Shown piece by piece: positions 1-12,528 of a stretch of DNA of 64,000 nt. Position numbers and translations under genes: made by a program. A model generated the notes under the pieces. The model was not told the DNA's origin. It saw only the letters and a program-made list of their open reading frames with translations, and searched no databases. Origin of the DNA: Utricularia gibba. Lineage: Eukaryota; Plantae; Magnoliophyta. The stretch is from the NCBI GenBank assembly GCA_002189035.1, contig NEEC01000018.1, forward strand, positions 1 through 64,000, written 5' to 3'. How positions within the stretch are numbered: position 1 is the stretch's first letter; every line of letters begins with the position of its first letter.

Positions 1-815
1 GGCCTCGCAAGCTTTACCGTTACCTTCAGGTGTTCTGGACGCCTTAGCGAATGGACTGGACAATGAGACCGTTGGTCTATTATCGCTGCCGTTTAAAAAT
101 ATGAGGATGCGTGGAGATTAGACCAGCACTGATGCGCACGTCCATAGAACCGTAAAGTCCAACCCATGGACTCTTACCTAGTACTTCACCCTTGATGTAT
201 CGTCAAACGATGCGAAAGGGGTACACCAGGAGGAATGACTTGGGTTATAACACTAACAGGATCCCATACATCTTAGTTTTTCCTATTACTTTCCCTTATG
301 ATCTTCCATGGAAACAAAGTAAGACTTACGCAGAGGAGTCACGAGTTCTCTACATGGCGGATCTTGGTGCACCATCGCTACTCGTTTGAGGGTGTTTTGT
401 TGTGCAACAAACTCAGCCAACATCCAATGAATATTAGAATGCGGCCAACGACACTCCATGTACTTTACCGATCACCAACAACGTGCGATGGAAACATTAA
501 CAATTTTGGATTCATTCTATGGAGCAGATACGATGTGGATGTGCTATCCAGCCGTTAGACGGCTACTACCCCGACCTCCTGAATATTTGGACACGAAAGT
601 GGGCATGCCACTATACGTTTGGAAGGAAAAAACCTTCAACCATACAGTTTAAAGGATATCATCTATAACAACATACGTTGCGAGCCACGTAAGCTATTAT
701 TGAGTGGACATCATTTAATGAGAAATGATTTATTGAGTATTGAAGAACATATCGATCGTGGATCCAGAGTGTAACCACTCCTAACCCCAAGTCCATAACT
801 CGACCACTGAGCACT
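1..815. repeat. Repeat A segment (unclassified ~1.5-kb tandem repeat unit, partial)
   Basis: Blocks such as gagattagaccagcactgatgcgcacgtcc, ggaaaaaaccttcaaccatacagttt and gagtcatagagc recur in the same order and orientation at 1084-2959, 7128-8842, 12529-13344 and 17301-18043. Confidence 0.85.
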
Positions 816-1073
816 TGTTAGTGTATGTGCTCTAGAGACAATCAACTCATTGGCAAATCTTATCTTATGATATTTACTTTGAATTGTGATCAAATTTATA
901 TCATTGATAAATCCTCTACTTGATCTATGTGCTATAGAAATTATGATGAGATCATAATGTGAGATTCTTCAAGCACTCATGATCAAGTTAAAAACTCCCT
1001 TGCTAGAGTATTTGTGAAATGAGGATATCACAAATACGGATATGCTGGCACACATTGAGTTCCCTAAACTATT
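816..1073 (+). mobile_element. Truncated 5' end of a family-B (Angela-like copia) LTR
   Basis: Starts TGTTAGTGTATG and matches the start of the solo LTR at 18127. It breaks off after ccctaaactatt. Confidence 0.85.
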
Positions 1074-1083
1074 ACTAAGCTGG

Positions 1084-2959
1084 CATACAGTTTAAAGGAT
1101 ATCATCTATAACAAACATACGTTGCGAGCCACGTAAGCTATTATTGAGTGGACTTTATTTAATGAGAAATGAGTCATAGAGCACTGAAGAACATATCGAT
1201 CGTGGATCCAGAGTGTAATGAATCCTAACGCAAAGTCCATAACTCGACCACGGAGCACTTGTCCTTTGAATCCACACAGCTCACGGAACAAACGAACACT
1301 TCCTCTAATAATCCGACCCTCATGGCATTCACTGGTTATTCAAAACTCCATTCTCTCACTAGGCTTTGCAAAGAAGAGGGTAACGTGGAATGTATCGGTA
1401 TTGCTTAGGAAGTAGGTCACGCCTCGCAACATGCATACTTCATACCTTTCGCATTCCAATGTTTGACCTCCGGATTCCTTTCACTCAAATTGTGGATGAA
1501 GATATAGGAGGGATTACTTGGTTAAGCTGTAGTTAAAGCTGTGTGCGCAACACGCGAGTGTGTTCCGTATGCTAACGGCTTGACCATCATCTGATTGAGC
1601 ATGTTGCTCTTGCACCTTTACGAGTGTCGCCAATTTTCCGTCCTCACTTTCAAACAGGTCCGATGCAACATACAAAGATTAATGGTGGTCGTCTCTTTCA
1701 AGCGTCGACATGATTCCATCGGTTGATGGTCTCTAGTGCAAACTCCCACACTCTTGTAGGCGTTCACATCCGTGCGCACTACTTCCTTTCTTTTCTACAT
1801 TGCTGGACAGATCTCGCTACATTTACAATTAACGAATGAACTGGAGATTGAGACTAGTGGCGTATTGTTGCTGCGATTTAAATACATAGGGATGCATAGA
1901 GATTAGACCAGCACTGATGCGCACGTCCATAGCACCATAAAGTCCATCCAATGGGCTCTAACCAAGTACTTCACCATTCATGTATCTTCAAACGATACCA
2001 GGAGGGTACACCAGGAGCAATGACTTGGGTTATAATAGCACCATAAAGTCCATCCAATGGGCTCTAACCAAGTACTTCACCATTCATGTATCTTCAAACG
2101 ATACCAGGAGGGTGCACTAGGAGCAATGACTTGGGTTATAAGACCAACATGATCCCATACTACTTAGTGTATCCTGTTGCTTTCTCTTATGATGTTCCAT
2201 GGCAATATGGTGAGACGTATGCAGAGGGGTCACGAGTTCACTCCAAGGCGAATCATGGTGCACCATCGTTACTCGTTTGAAGGTGTTGTGTGGTGCAACA
2301 AAGTCAGCCTAATTCCAATGAATAGTAGATTGTGGCCAAGGAGACTCCATGTACTTTATCGATCTCCAACAACGTACGATGGAAACATTAACAATTTTGG
2401 ATTCATTCTATAGAGCACATACGATGTGGATGTGTTATCCAGCCTTTAGATGACTCCCACCCTGACCTCTTGAATGTTTGGACACGAAAGTGGCATGCCA
2501 CTATACGTTTGGGAGGAAAAAACCTTCAACCATACAGTTTAAAGGATATCATCTATATCAAACATACGTTGAGCCACGAAAGCTATTGTTGAGTGGACAT
2601 CATTTAATGAGAAATGAGTCATAGAGCATTGAAGAACATATCGATCGTGGATCCAGAGTGTAACCACTCCTAACCCCAAGTCCATAACTCCAGTGCCTAA
2701 CCTCCAAATGTCTTTTACTCTGAATTCACATGAAGATATAGTAGAGATCACTTGGTTATGCAATAGGTAAAGCCGTGTGCGCAACATGCGAGTGTGTCCT
2801 ATATCCTAATGCCTTGACCATCATCTGATTGAGACTGCTGCTTGTGCACCTTTACTAGTGTGTCCACTTTTCCATCCTCTCTTCAAACAGGTGCAATGCA
2901 ATATATAAAGAACAATGGGTGGTCGTCTTCTTTTATTCTTCGACACCAATCTATCATTG
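1084..2959. repeat. Repeat A segment, more than one contiguous head-to-tail unit
   Basis: The block catacagtttaaaggatatc occurs at ~1084 and again at ~2531 with continuous repeat-A sequence between. It contains a ~106-bp tandem duplication (1931-2036/2037-2142) and internal deletions. Confidence 0.85.
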
Positions 2960-5900
2960 CGATATGACCCTTCAATCAACAAGTGATTGGCAAACCAGTT
3001 ATTGGTTTAAAAGAAGCAATCCCTCACAGAAAAGAAGTTGGCCCTTAAGGATTGAAAGATCCTTGCAACCCAAACTATGAAATGGTATCACACTCACAGA
3101 ATCAAGGAAGGAATTGGGAGTGATAAACCACACACTAGACACCACAAGCAAGGCTTGATAAATCTAAGTTCTACAAGAACTCAAGAAAGGAGAATTGCTC
3201 TCAAATGTGATTACAATCAAAGTTGTCCAAAACAAGAGTAAGGCCCTTCTTATATAGACGAAGGGTTTGGCCTTATTGGAAGAAAAGTAGTAATAATAAT
3301 GCATTTGGTAGTAATGGGCCTTCTCTAATCCAGTTGATCCACTATGACAAGGTTGAATTCCAGGCCAAACACCTCATTGCTTGATTGATTGGCCCATAAG
3401 CTCTTAAGCACTTCTTGAGTTCACTCTTTTCACATGACTGATTCTTGCAACAAGGCTCTCCACTTCTTTTTTCCTCACAACTCCTTCATTCACGTCTTTC
3501 TTTTCACTCTCTTTTTTAGATGTTCTTTTCCTTTCTCGTGATATCTCTTTTTTCTCCCCCATACTCTCATCCCTCAACTCACCAAAAGATTTGATAGCGG
3601 TAGCAATCTTAACTTGATCTTCGTGTGCCTCTTTTGGAGATAAAGGCACCAACGTGATGGGTTTTCCTTTAATGGAAAAGGAATACTTGTTTTATAGCCA
3701 TCATGGTGTTTGAGAAAGTGAGTACTCTCCATAAACTGAGGGACGTGGGCCACTATTCCTTCCTATGCACATGGTGTCAAAGAAGAGTAGAGTAGTGAGC
3801 CCACCTCCCACATTTCTCTCAACTACTTGCAGTTATTTCCACTCCACTTTTGGGAGTTGTTAGTGAGTCGTGGATGCATCTTTCTCGCATCTAGTTAGGC
3901 TAATTTCTAGTATAAATCTCGAAGTCTTGTATTCAGTCTTTACTCAATATTATTGATCCGGTTTTTCAGGTTATCCCTGCTTCAATTTTGCTTCTTCATC
4001 GTCGTCCTCGTGTAGTTTCTGTTCCAGAATCAATTTGCATCACTTCACTCCAACACATGGATCACCTTACTATCATATTGCCAAGGCCTTCCCAAGAGTA
4101 TGTGTCCAGCATGCATGGGAACTACATCACAAAGAACCTCATCCTGATACTTTCCAATTTGGAAAGCAACAAGAACTTGTTTATTGACCTTTACTTCACT
4201 CCCTTCGTTCAACCATTGAAGCCTGTAGGGATTTGGATGTTTGAGAGTAGGAAGTTGGAGTTTATCCACCATGAGAGTACTAGCAACATTTGTGCAACTA
4301 CCTCCATCGATTATTAGGCTACATACCTTCCCATGTGCAAAGCAACGTGTATGGCATAAGTTTTCGCGTTGCTCCTCCATTGGCTTAGCATCCATGACTG
4401 AAGTCCTTCTTGTTACCAAACTTTTACCAATAACAGGTTGTTGTTCCCCATCATATATCTCATGTAAAGCACTTCCACTTTCACTCTCAACTTCAGATTC
4501 AACATCTCCATAATCCCTTAGAACCATGGTCCTCTTGTTTGGGCATTCTGAAGCAATATGACCATGGCCGAGACATTTGAAGTATTTGATATTTTTTGTT
4601 TGCCCAGAAAACTTAAATCCTCTTTCCTTGTGTCGAGTATTTGAAGTGCCCTCTTTCATCGATTCTAACTTGGTTGATTTCCCAAATGAAGGATAATTTG
4701 GTTTCTTCTCCTTACTTCCAGCAACATTCCACGAAGTAGAAGGTTTTGGATGGTCTCTTTGTTGTCCCTTAGACTTTAGTTGCTTCTCAATCTTGATGGC
4801 AACGTGCAACATGTCTTCAATCTCTACATAGTGTTGCAGCTCGACCACTTGAGAAATTTCCTTGTTTAAGCCATAGAGGAATCTTGCCATTGTAGCTTCC
4901 CTATCCTCTGTTATGTTGGCTCGAATCATTAATACCTCCATTCTTGCCCATATTCTTCCACGGTTTTGCTCCCTTGGGTGAGTTTCTGCAAGTTTTGGTG
5001 TTGATCTCTTTGGTAGTGGTTGGGAATGAACCTTTTTCTCATGATCCTCTTCATTTCAGTCCAAGTGCGATTTGGTTCTTCATCATTTCGTCTTCTGTTG
5101 AGTACTATGTTATCCCACCAAGTTATGGCATAATCTATAAACTCAACAACAGCAAGCTTGATCTTCTTGGCTTCAAAATAGTTGTGACAATCAAACACAT
5201 GCTCCACACGAGTCTCCCACTCCAAGTAGGCATTTGGATCGTTTTTCCCTTGAAAAGGAAAGATTTTCAAATTCCTTGTATTCACTTGTGTATCTACCCT
5301 TGGTCTTTCATCATGTCCTGCATCACGATTTGGCCTCCTATTTCTTTGATATCTTCGTTCTATATCATCACCACCAGATGAATCATACTTATCAAAGATG
5401 TTGTTATTATTTCTCCTTTGTTCACCATGCCTTGCCTCTTAGGCCTCAGATTCCGAATCTTTTTCTAGTTGAGAATTCCTTCTACTATGGTGTGATGGAA
5501 CTCTTGTTCTTCCATGGGAGACACTATCCTCTTCTTGCTTTTTGATGTTCTTGAGAGATTCATCATGTTCCTTTAATTTGATGTGGATTTGCTCCATGCA
5601 GCTTTGCAGTCTTCTTAACTCACCTTGCATTGCATTAAGTACGAACAACCATCCATTGCACCTGATTCTTCTGCAGGGTTGTTAGAGCTCGACATCCTAC
5701 TACAAGTTAAAAGTGTAGACAAAAGGAAGGAAAGAGAACAATGAAAGAAAGATAGAAGTAAAAGAAGAAGGAGAGAATTTTCAAACCTCAAGTCCTCTTG
5801 AACTTTAAGACTCAATAAACCTTAAATGATCAATCTAAGTGTGGTTCAAAGAGATAACAGTGGCTAGGGTAATGAGTGGGATAAAGAAAATGAGCAATAT

Positions 5901-6980
5901 AGGACTTGGTGATGGTAACAGTACTTATGAATAAGTAAGAGTAGGAATAGAAGGATAGAGTGTAACTTGTTGTGATTAACACACAAGAGGTAGGTAGATA
6001 ATTGAAAAGAGTCAAAATGGAATATAAGTGTGACAATAGACAAAGTTGTGCAATATTGACTTTTCTTTTATTTGGTAAGTAGAAGATTCAATGGATTCAA
6101 ATGACTAGCTCCTTTTTTTTTACTTTTCTTGTGTGTGAAAAGTTGAAAATTCAATGAATTCAGGTGCTAACCTTCTTTTTCCCTTCAACACATTTTTTTT
6201 TTCTTTTTGCAGCAATCCAGAAGAAAAGGATGAAAGAAACAAAGATAAGAAACCCCCTTGGTTTTTCTTTTCAGAAGAAAAGATGAGCAAAAGACAAGAT
6301 AAGCAAATAAGGATAAATCTGGACTAGTTTCTGGTTTTTTTTTTCTTTAGAACGAAACCACAACAAGATAGATAGGAGATGAAGAAGAGAAACATTGGCT
6401 CTGATACCACCTGATACGACCCTCCAATCAACAAGTGATTGGCAACCAAATCTTGGTTGAAAAGAAGCAATCTCTCAAGGAAAAGAAGTTGGCCCTCAAG
6501 GATTGAAAGATCCTTGCAACCCAAACTATGAAATGATACCACACTCACATAATCAAGTAAGGAATTGGGAGCAATAAACCACACACTAGACACCACAAGC
6601 AAGGCTTGATAAGTCTAAGTTCTACAAGAACACAAGAAAGGAGAATTGCTCTCAAATATGATTACAATCAAAGTTGTCCAAAACAAGACTAAGACCCTTC
6701 TTATATAGATGAAGGATTGGGTCTTATTGGAAGAAAAGGAGTAATAACAATGCATTTGGTAGTAATGGGTCTTCTCTAATCCAGTTGATCCACTATGACA
6801 AGGTTGAATTCCAGGGCAAACACCTCATTGCTTGATTGATTGGCCCATAAGCTCTTAAGCACTTCTTGATTATTTCTTGCTCTTGATCTAGGGATTGGCG
6901 CAACTGAAATCAATGGAGGATTATTGATCTTGTGTCATTTGTCTTCATTGGGATGATCTGTAGCATCAATGATCTCATCA
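2960..6980 (-). mobile_element. CRM-clade Ty3/gypsy element (family E), internally deleted: 5' LTR 6412-6980, PBS 6398-6409, degenerate gag-protease ~3420-5700, truncated 3' LTR 2960-~3418
   Basis: Two similar LTR copies. gctctgatacca is the reverse complement of the tRNA-iMet PBS TGGTATCAGAGC. The gag reads KIFPFQGKNDPNAYLEWE..WWD, with a CxxCxxxGHxxxxC knuckle remnant ([14 protein letters not shown]) and the protease motif LIIDGGS. RT, RH and INT are absent. Confidence 0.9.
3707..4055. mobile_element. 349-bp solo LTR inserted in the CRM protease region
   Basis: TGTT...AACA termini and a perfect 5-bp TSD CATGG (3702-3706, 4056-4060). Removing it rejoins the peptide DSKVIH|DGYK. Confidence 0.85.
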
Positions 6981-7120
6981 TCCCCCCCTCCTTCTTTTAG
7001 CAGATTCATCCTTGAATCGTCACCATCTACATCTCAAGTAACCAAGTCAGCCATATTGAATGTAGAGTGCACCGAAAACTCACCTAAAAGATTAATCTTA
7101 TAAGCATTGTCATTGATTTT
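6981..7120 (-). mobile_element. PPT and integrase C-terminus of a second, upstream CRM family-E unit sharing the LTR at 6412-6980
   Basis: Minus strand reads NDNAYKINL..EFSVHSTFN.ADLV, then the purine tract aaaagaaggaggggggga, then the TGATGAG LTR start. Homologous to 14854-14990. Confidence 0.8.
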
Positions 7121-7127
7121 GTCATTG

Positions 7128-8118
7128 GACTTCTTCACAAATGGACTGGAGAAAGATACCGATGCCTATTGTTGCTGTGATTTGAATATATGGGGATGCA
7201 TGGAGATTAGACCAGCACTGATGCGCACGTCCATAGCACCATAAAGTCCATCCCATAACCTCTAACCAAGTACTTCACCATTCATGTATCGTCAAACGAT
7301 ACAAAGGGGGTACACTAGGAGATTGAACTTGGGTCATAACACCAACAGGATCCCATACTTCTTAGTGTATCCTGTTGCTTTCTCTTATGATGTTCCATGG
7401 CAACATGGTGAGACGTACGCAGAGGAGTCACGAGTTCACTTCGTATACCTCGCACAGCTCCCACACCCCACATTCGTTTTGTTACATAGTAAAGCACTAC
7501 CTCACCATAATTTATTGGTATCGCTTAGGCAGTTGATCACGCCTTGCGAAATGCATACTTCATACCCCTCACCATGAGGATAGAGAGATCACTTGGTTAA
7601 GCAATTGGAAAAGCCGTGTGCACAAAACGTGAGTGTGTCCCGTATCCTAATGCCTTGACCTATATCTGATTGAGCGTTTTGCTAGTGCATCTTTACTAGT
7701 GTGGCCACTTTTCCATCCTGTCTACCAGTGCGATGCAATGTACAAAGTATAATGGGTGGTCGTCTTCTTTCAAGCATAGACACCAGTCTATCAGTGGCTG
7801 GTCTCTATTGTCAAACTCCCATGCTCTTGTAGGCGTTGACATCCATGCGCACTACCTCCTCTCTTTTCTCCATTGCTGGACAGTTCTCACTAGCTTTACC
7901 ATTATGTGGTGGTGTTTCGGACTTCTTAACGAATGGACTGGAGAATGAGACCAGTGGCCTATTGTTGCTCCCGTTTAAATACATGGGGATGTGTGGAGAT
8001 TAGACAAGCACTGATGTGCAAGTCCAAAGCACCATAAAGTCCATCCCATGGCCTCTAAACAAGTACTTCACCATTCATGTATCGTCAAACGATACCAAGG
8101 GGGTACGCCTTGAGCAAT
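7128..8118. repeat. Repeat A segment with an internal deletion near 7440
   Basis: Same blocks and orientation as the other repeat A copies. Confidence 0.85.
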
Positions 8119-8712
8119 TGATGAGCCCGAGAAGTGTATTTAAAGAATGATGAGAAGTTTGTCCAAGTGAACACATTAGATACAAAGATGATTCCACCAG
8201 GACCAATGACTAGAAGCAAGAGCAAAATGCTTGAAGATACACTTAAGGCTCTACTCAATACAATTGGAATCAAACATGGGCTTGAAGACATCCCATCAAA
8301 AGAGCTCAACTACTTGAAGGTGGATTTACCTTAGAGCAATGGACTTGTTAGACTTTTCTATTTCATTTAGTTTGGGCCAAGTAATGTTAGAGCCCAATCC
8401 TAGAGTATAAATACTCTAGAGATATACTCTTTCAGGACCTTTAGTCATTTCATGTATGTTGTGAGGATTCTCCTCTTCTTTGAATGCTTGAACACTCTTA
8501 ACTTATCAAGCTTTGAGCTTGTGGTGTTCTAGGATTATCTCTTCCAATCCCTCTCTCTTTTCTGAAGTGTGGCTCCTAATTTTCTTTGTTTCGAAGTCTG
8601 GTTGCAAGAGATTCATTCTCTTGTGGGTAGACTTGGGTGGGTTCTCTTCTAAGCTTCAAAATCACCTCTTGTTCGTGGGTTACTAATCTCTATAGATTAG
8701 AGGGTCACATCA
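8119..8712 (+). mobile_element. Solo LTR of CRM family D (594 bp) inserted in repeat A
   Basis: TGATGAG...CACATCA, highly similar to the 5' LTR at 57420-58022. Flanks GCAAT/GCAAC (4/5 TSD). Repeat A resumes at 8713. Confidence 0.9.
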
Positions 8713-8842
8713 GCAACGACATGGTTTATAACACCCAAAGGATCCCATAGTACTTGGTGTATCCTATTGCTTTCTCTCGTGATGTTCCATGGTATCATTG
8801 TGAAACGTGCACAAAGGATTCACGAGTTCACTCTATGGTGGT
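8713..8842. repeat. Repeat A segment (continuation after the solo LTR)
   Basis: gcaacgacatggtttataac...cacgagttcactc matches the repeat A block at 12821-12945. Confidence 0.8.
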
Positions 8843-11800
8843 TCTTGTTCATTCTATAGGTCATCACAAACTGTGAATAGCTATCAGGTAGTGAGGTAAG
8901 GATCAAGTCAATATTCATGTCCTTATCCAACACAAAACCAAGAGATGACAACTTTTCAATGTAACTCAACATCAATGTTGCATGATCAGCAGCAGAATTT
9001 CCTTCTGCCAAGCGACAATTGAACAACAGCTTTGATGTCGTGAATCTTTCAAGTCGTGAGTGCTCGCCAAACAGATTCTTGAGGTGTGTTATCATCTGTG
9101 GGCAAGTCATCGACTCACGCTGTTTTTGGAGATCAGGGGCCATCTAAGCAAGCATGATACAGCAGATAAGCTCAGCATCATCTAGATACTTCTGATATGC
9201 ATGCCGAACATCTTCAGCTGCATTAGCCCTGGGTTGTGCAGGAACATCTTGCTCAAGGATGTAAGCAATCTTCTCCGCCTTGAGAACAATTCTCAGATTG
9301 CGGTGCCAATCAGTAAAATTCGAGCCAACCAACTTGTTGGACTCTATAATGGATCTCAAATTCACGCCAGAAGACATATCTTCAACTTGAAGAAGAGAAA
9401 GCAAACACATCATGTAGTGTTCCTTAAATCACATGCAACTTGTCTTTATCAAATGTGATATACTTCCACTAGGTTTTTCGAGATGGCAGTCCCCTACTGA
9501 CAAAACGAGAAAATCACATTTTCTTAATGGGACAGTGTCCCATTTCATTCATCTCCACCTTGACTGTAGCCAAAAAGCTTTAATGAATGAAACAGGTAGT
9601 CATCTCATGCCAATTGTATCTCTCATACAACCATTGTATCATTGAGCCATCAACTCTTGATGTAAAAAACTATTTACCTCAACCTTTCTTCCAATTTTGC
9701 CAACCTTGGCTTTAGTCTGAATCTAATTCAGTTAATAAGTTGATAAAATCAGTTAAGAAAACCCACTCTGAATCTAATTCAATAATTCAAACATGTCATG
9801 TGTAGTGGAGAGCTTGACGGTAGCCAACAACTCTATGCACTAAAAATGTCTTTCGTTCTCCTTATGTCAGTGGAAGGAATAAGCTTAATTATTTAGTAGG
9901 GGATTTTTCCATAGGCAACACTTGCACCATGGATATCGATATCCTATCACATAGGAATCATGACATCCATTGCCCTTTCGTGCATAACGCATCATATCCC
10001 TTTATTTTCACACATAATGAACGAAAATCCTAATTGACCCTAGATGCCTTGGTCACAAATAAATTATTAAACATCATATGCATCAATAATTCACCAATAT
10101 GATCATCATCATCCAAATTCGTGCAGAGGCCATCATGCCCCACGACTACACACATATAAGTCATCATCATGCTGCGCATTTAGATGTAAGATATAATTCT
10201 CGAAAGCATCAATCACGAATGAAATTTCGTGCATCCTAAGGCAGCAAAACAATCCAACATAATCAGATTTCGTGCATCACATGCTATTATGATGATCGCC
10301 GGCAAGGCTACATACGACAACATCTCGCAATCACATGCTATAACAATAATCGCTAGCAAGGCAACATACGAGAGCATCTCGCAAATCAGCAAAGATTTTA
10401 ACGTATCACTGGCAAGGCAACATACTAGAACATCTCGCAAAATCAAAAAAGATTCTAGCGTATACAAGTATTCCGTAAGCTGGCTCCGATACCACTTTTG
10501 GGTTTCTCGTAGACATCATATGTCATGAAAGCAGCGGAATTTTCAAAATTTTAAGAAACGCCAATCGTAGATCTTGGAATACGGTATACATCAGAAAAAG
10601 GGATGCTGAAATTACCTTTCAAAGGACTCCGTTGTTCACCAACCCCCAATAGCAGACGGTCTCTATGGTATCCACACATGGAGCGCTCCATCGATAACCT
10701 TCTCAAGACTATTGAATGCTGGTCGAATTCCTCAGGTGCTAGTCGAGCAAAACGGCCCCTTGTGGATCAATCTCAGAGAGCACGAAGACCTAGAAGCTAA
10801 TCTGTAGATTTAAATCTTTTGATAGATATTTGGTAACATATAAAATCAAATCTCCGTAAAGATCTCATCTTCTGGAGATATATATATGTTCCAAATCTTA
10901 TCTATATGAGATCTTTTACTTTGAGTTTAATCAATATTAATCTCAAAATAACTCTCTAATTAATCCACTTTACCAATTACATCTCATGTAATTGTGTCAT
11001 TCTATTTTATATCGTTGAGTGACTCCACTATTGTGTGTGACCCTATAGGCTTCTTCAATCAAGGCCATAATAATGGATTTATTAATTAACTCTTAATTAA
11101 TCAAATCCATCATTATCGATCATGAGTGATGTCTAGCAACATATCATGATCCTCTAGATGTAAGAATAATCAGGTGAACTGATTGAGCCTTTCCATGACC
11201 AGCCACCATGCAATGAACAGCTTTCATCATACTTATATCTCATTCGATACTAGAATATGGGTGTGTGTCTTTCTGATGTATCGAATTTATAATTGCATTC
11301 AAGCACTAACACTCAATGACCTACTCAAAAATTTCGAGTGTCGTTATCTTGGGCCCAGGACTTACTGTTAGGCTTTGATGCAATTACTTGAGATATGATC
11401 TCATCGCTAACATGAGTGATGAATCCTTTATTGATCAATCAACAATCTCCAACCTTAAGGAGTCACATCCCTACTCATCCATATTAGGCAAGCCAAGGTT
11501 AGGCTCCCATTAGTAATGAGCGAAAATGTGAGCTTAAGACCAAGATAACTTTGTTGACCTCAAGTCTAAGCTTAATTGCACGGCTGTCATATTCGAGATC
11601 TTGCTACTTACATTTGGTTAGCTTCCCATAATAGTATCTCGAAGATGAGTGATTGTGTGAATCGATTCTGTAATTGACACCCACACATAGGTTCTAGTAA
11701 TCTCATTGCATCAATTGTGTGAACCATTGCCTAAATAGTTTAGGGAACTCAATGTGTGCCAACTTATCCGTATTTGTGATATCCTCATTTCACAAATACT

Positions 11801-11850
11801 CTAGTCAGGGAGTTTTTTAGCTTGAACATAAATGCTTGTCACTAAAATAA
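8843..11850 (-). mobile_element. Angela-like Ty1/copia 5' half: truncated 5' LTR (family B, 10496-~11850), PBS 10483-10494, gag ~9380-8843 with an internal stop
   Basis: The gag peptide NLRSIIESNKLVGSNFTDWHRNLRIVL...ERFTTSKLLFNCRLAEG..LILTSLPDSYSQFVM is typical copia gag (UBN2-type). PBS gctccgatacca is adjacent to the LTR end. The Angela assignment rests on LTR size (~1.5 kb), PPT and gag style. Confidence 0.8.
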
Positions 11851-12346
11851 GCAAGTGGACGTCCATTTTGCATCAATACAGCACCAATGCCTAAACCTGA
11901 TGCATCACATTCAATTTCAAAAGTGCTAGGAGAGGTGTTGAGCAAAGCTTATCCTTGAGTTGCAGGAAGGCATGTTCCTGCTCGTCTCCCCAATGAAATG
12001 GGTAATTTTTCTTGATCAATTGAGTGAGGGGTGCTGCTATAGAGCTGAAATTCTTAACAAACCGTCTATAGAAACTCGCTAAGCCATCGAAACTCCTAAC
12101 TTCACCAACTGATGTAGGTGTTGGTCATTCCCTAATTGCTCACTTTCTCTTCATCCACATCTACTCCTGCATCACTTACAACATGTTCAAGAAAAGAGAC
12201 ACAATTCGTGCAAAAGACACACTTCTTGATGTTAGCAAACAAATTCTCTTTTCGAAGAGTATCTAACACATCCTTCAAATGCCCTCCATGTTCCTCAAGT
12301 CCCTTGCTATAGATTAGAATATAATCAAAATAAACAACTACGAATC
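11851..12346 (-). mobile_element. Ty3/gypsy (CRM-like) RT/RNase H fragment
   Basis: Minus strand reads [41 protein letters not shown] and [25 protein letters not shown], closely parallel to the RT at 61.4-61.9 kb. Confidence 0.85.
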
Positions 12347-12528
12347 TATTGGTGTATGTGTTATAGAGACAATCAATTCATTGGCAAATCTTATCCTTTG
12401 ATGTTTACCTTGAATTGTGATCAAGTTTACATCACTGATAAAATCCTCTACTTGATCTACGTGCTATAGAAATTATGATGAGATCATAATGTGAGATTCT
12501 TCAAGGACTTATGCTCAAGTTCAAAAAC
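12347..12528 (+). mobile_element. Family-B LTR 5' fragment
   Basis: Matches the first ~180 bp of the LTR at 18127. Confidence 0.8.

Noticed and set aside
240-600. Resemblance of repeat A peptides (PYYLVYPVA, YPDLL) to totivirus capsid words recalled from memory
   Set aside because: Short matches in non-collinear order are expected by chance. Kept only as motivation for a profile search.
2240-2690. Ulp1/C48 protease-like words in a minus-strand frame of repeat A (HRTLLEID, QTSNDGA)
   Set aside because: No catalytic Cys or HW motif, wrong spacing, and stops shared by all copies.
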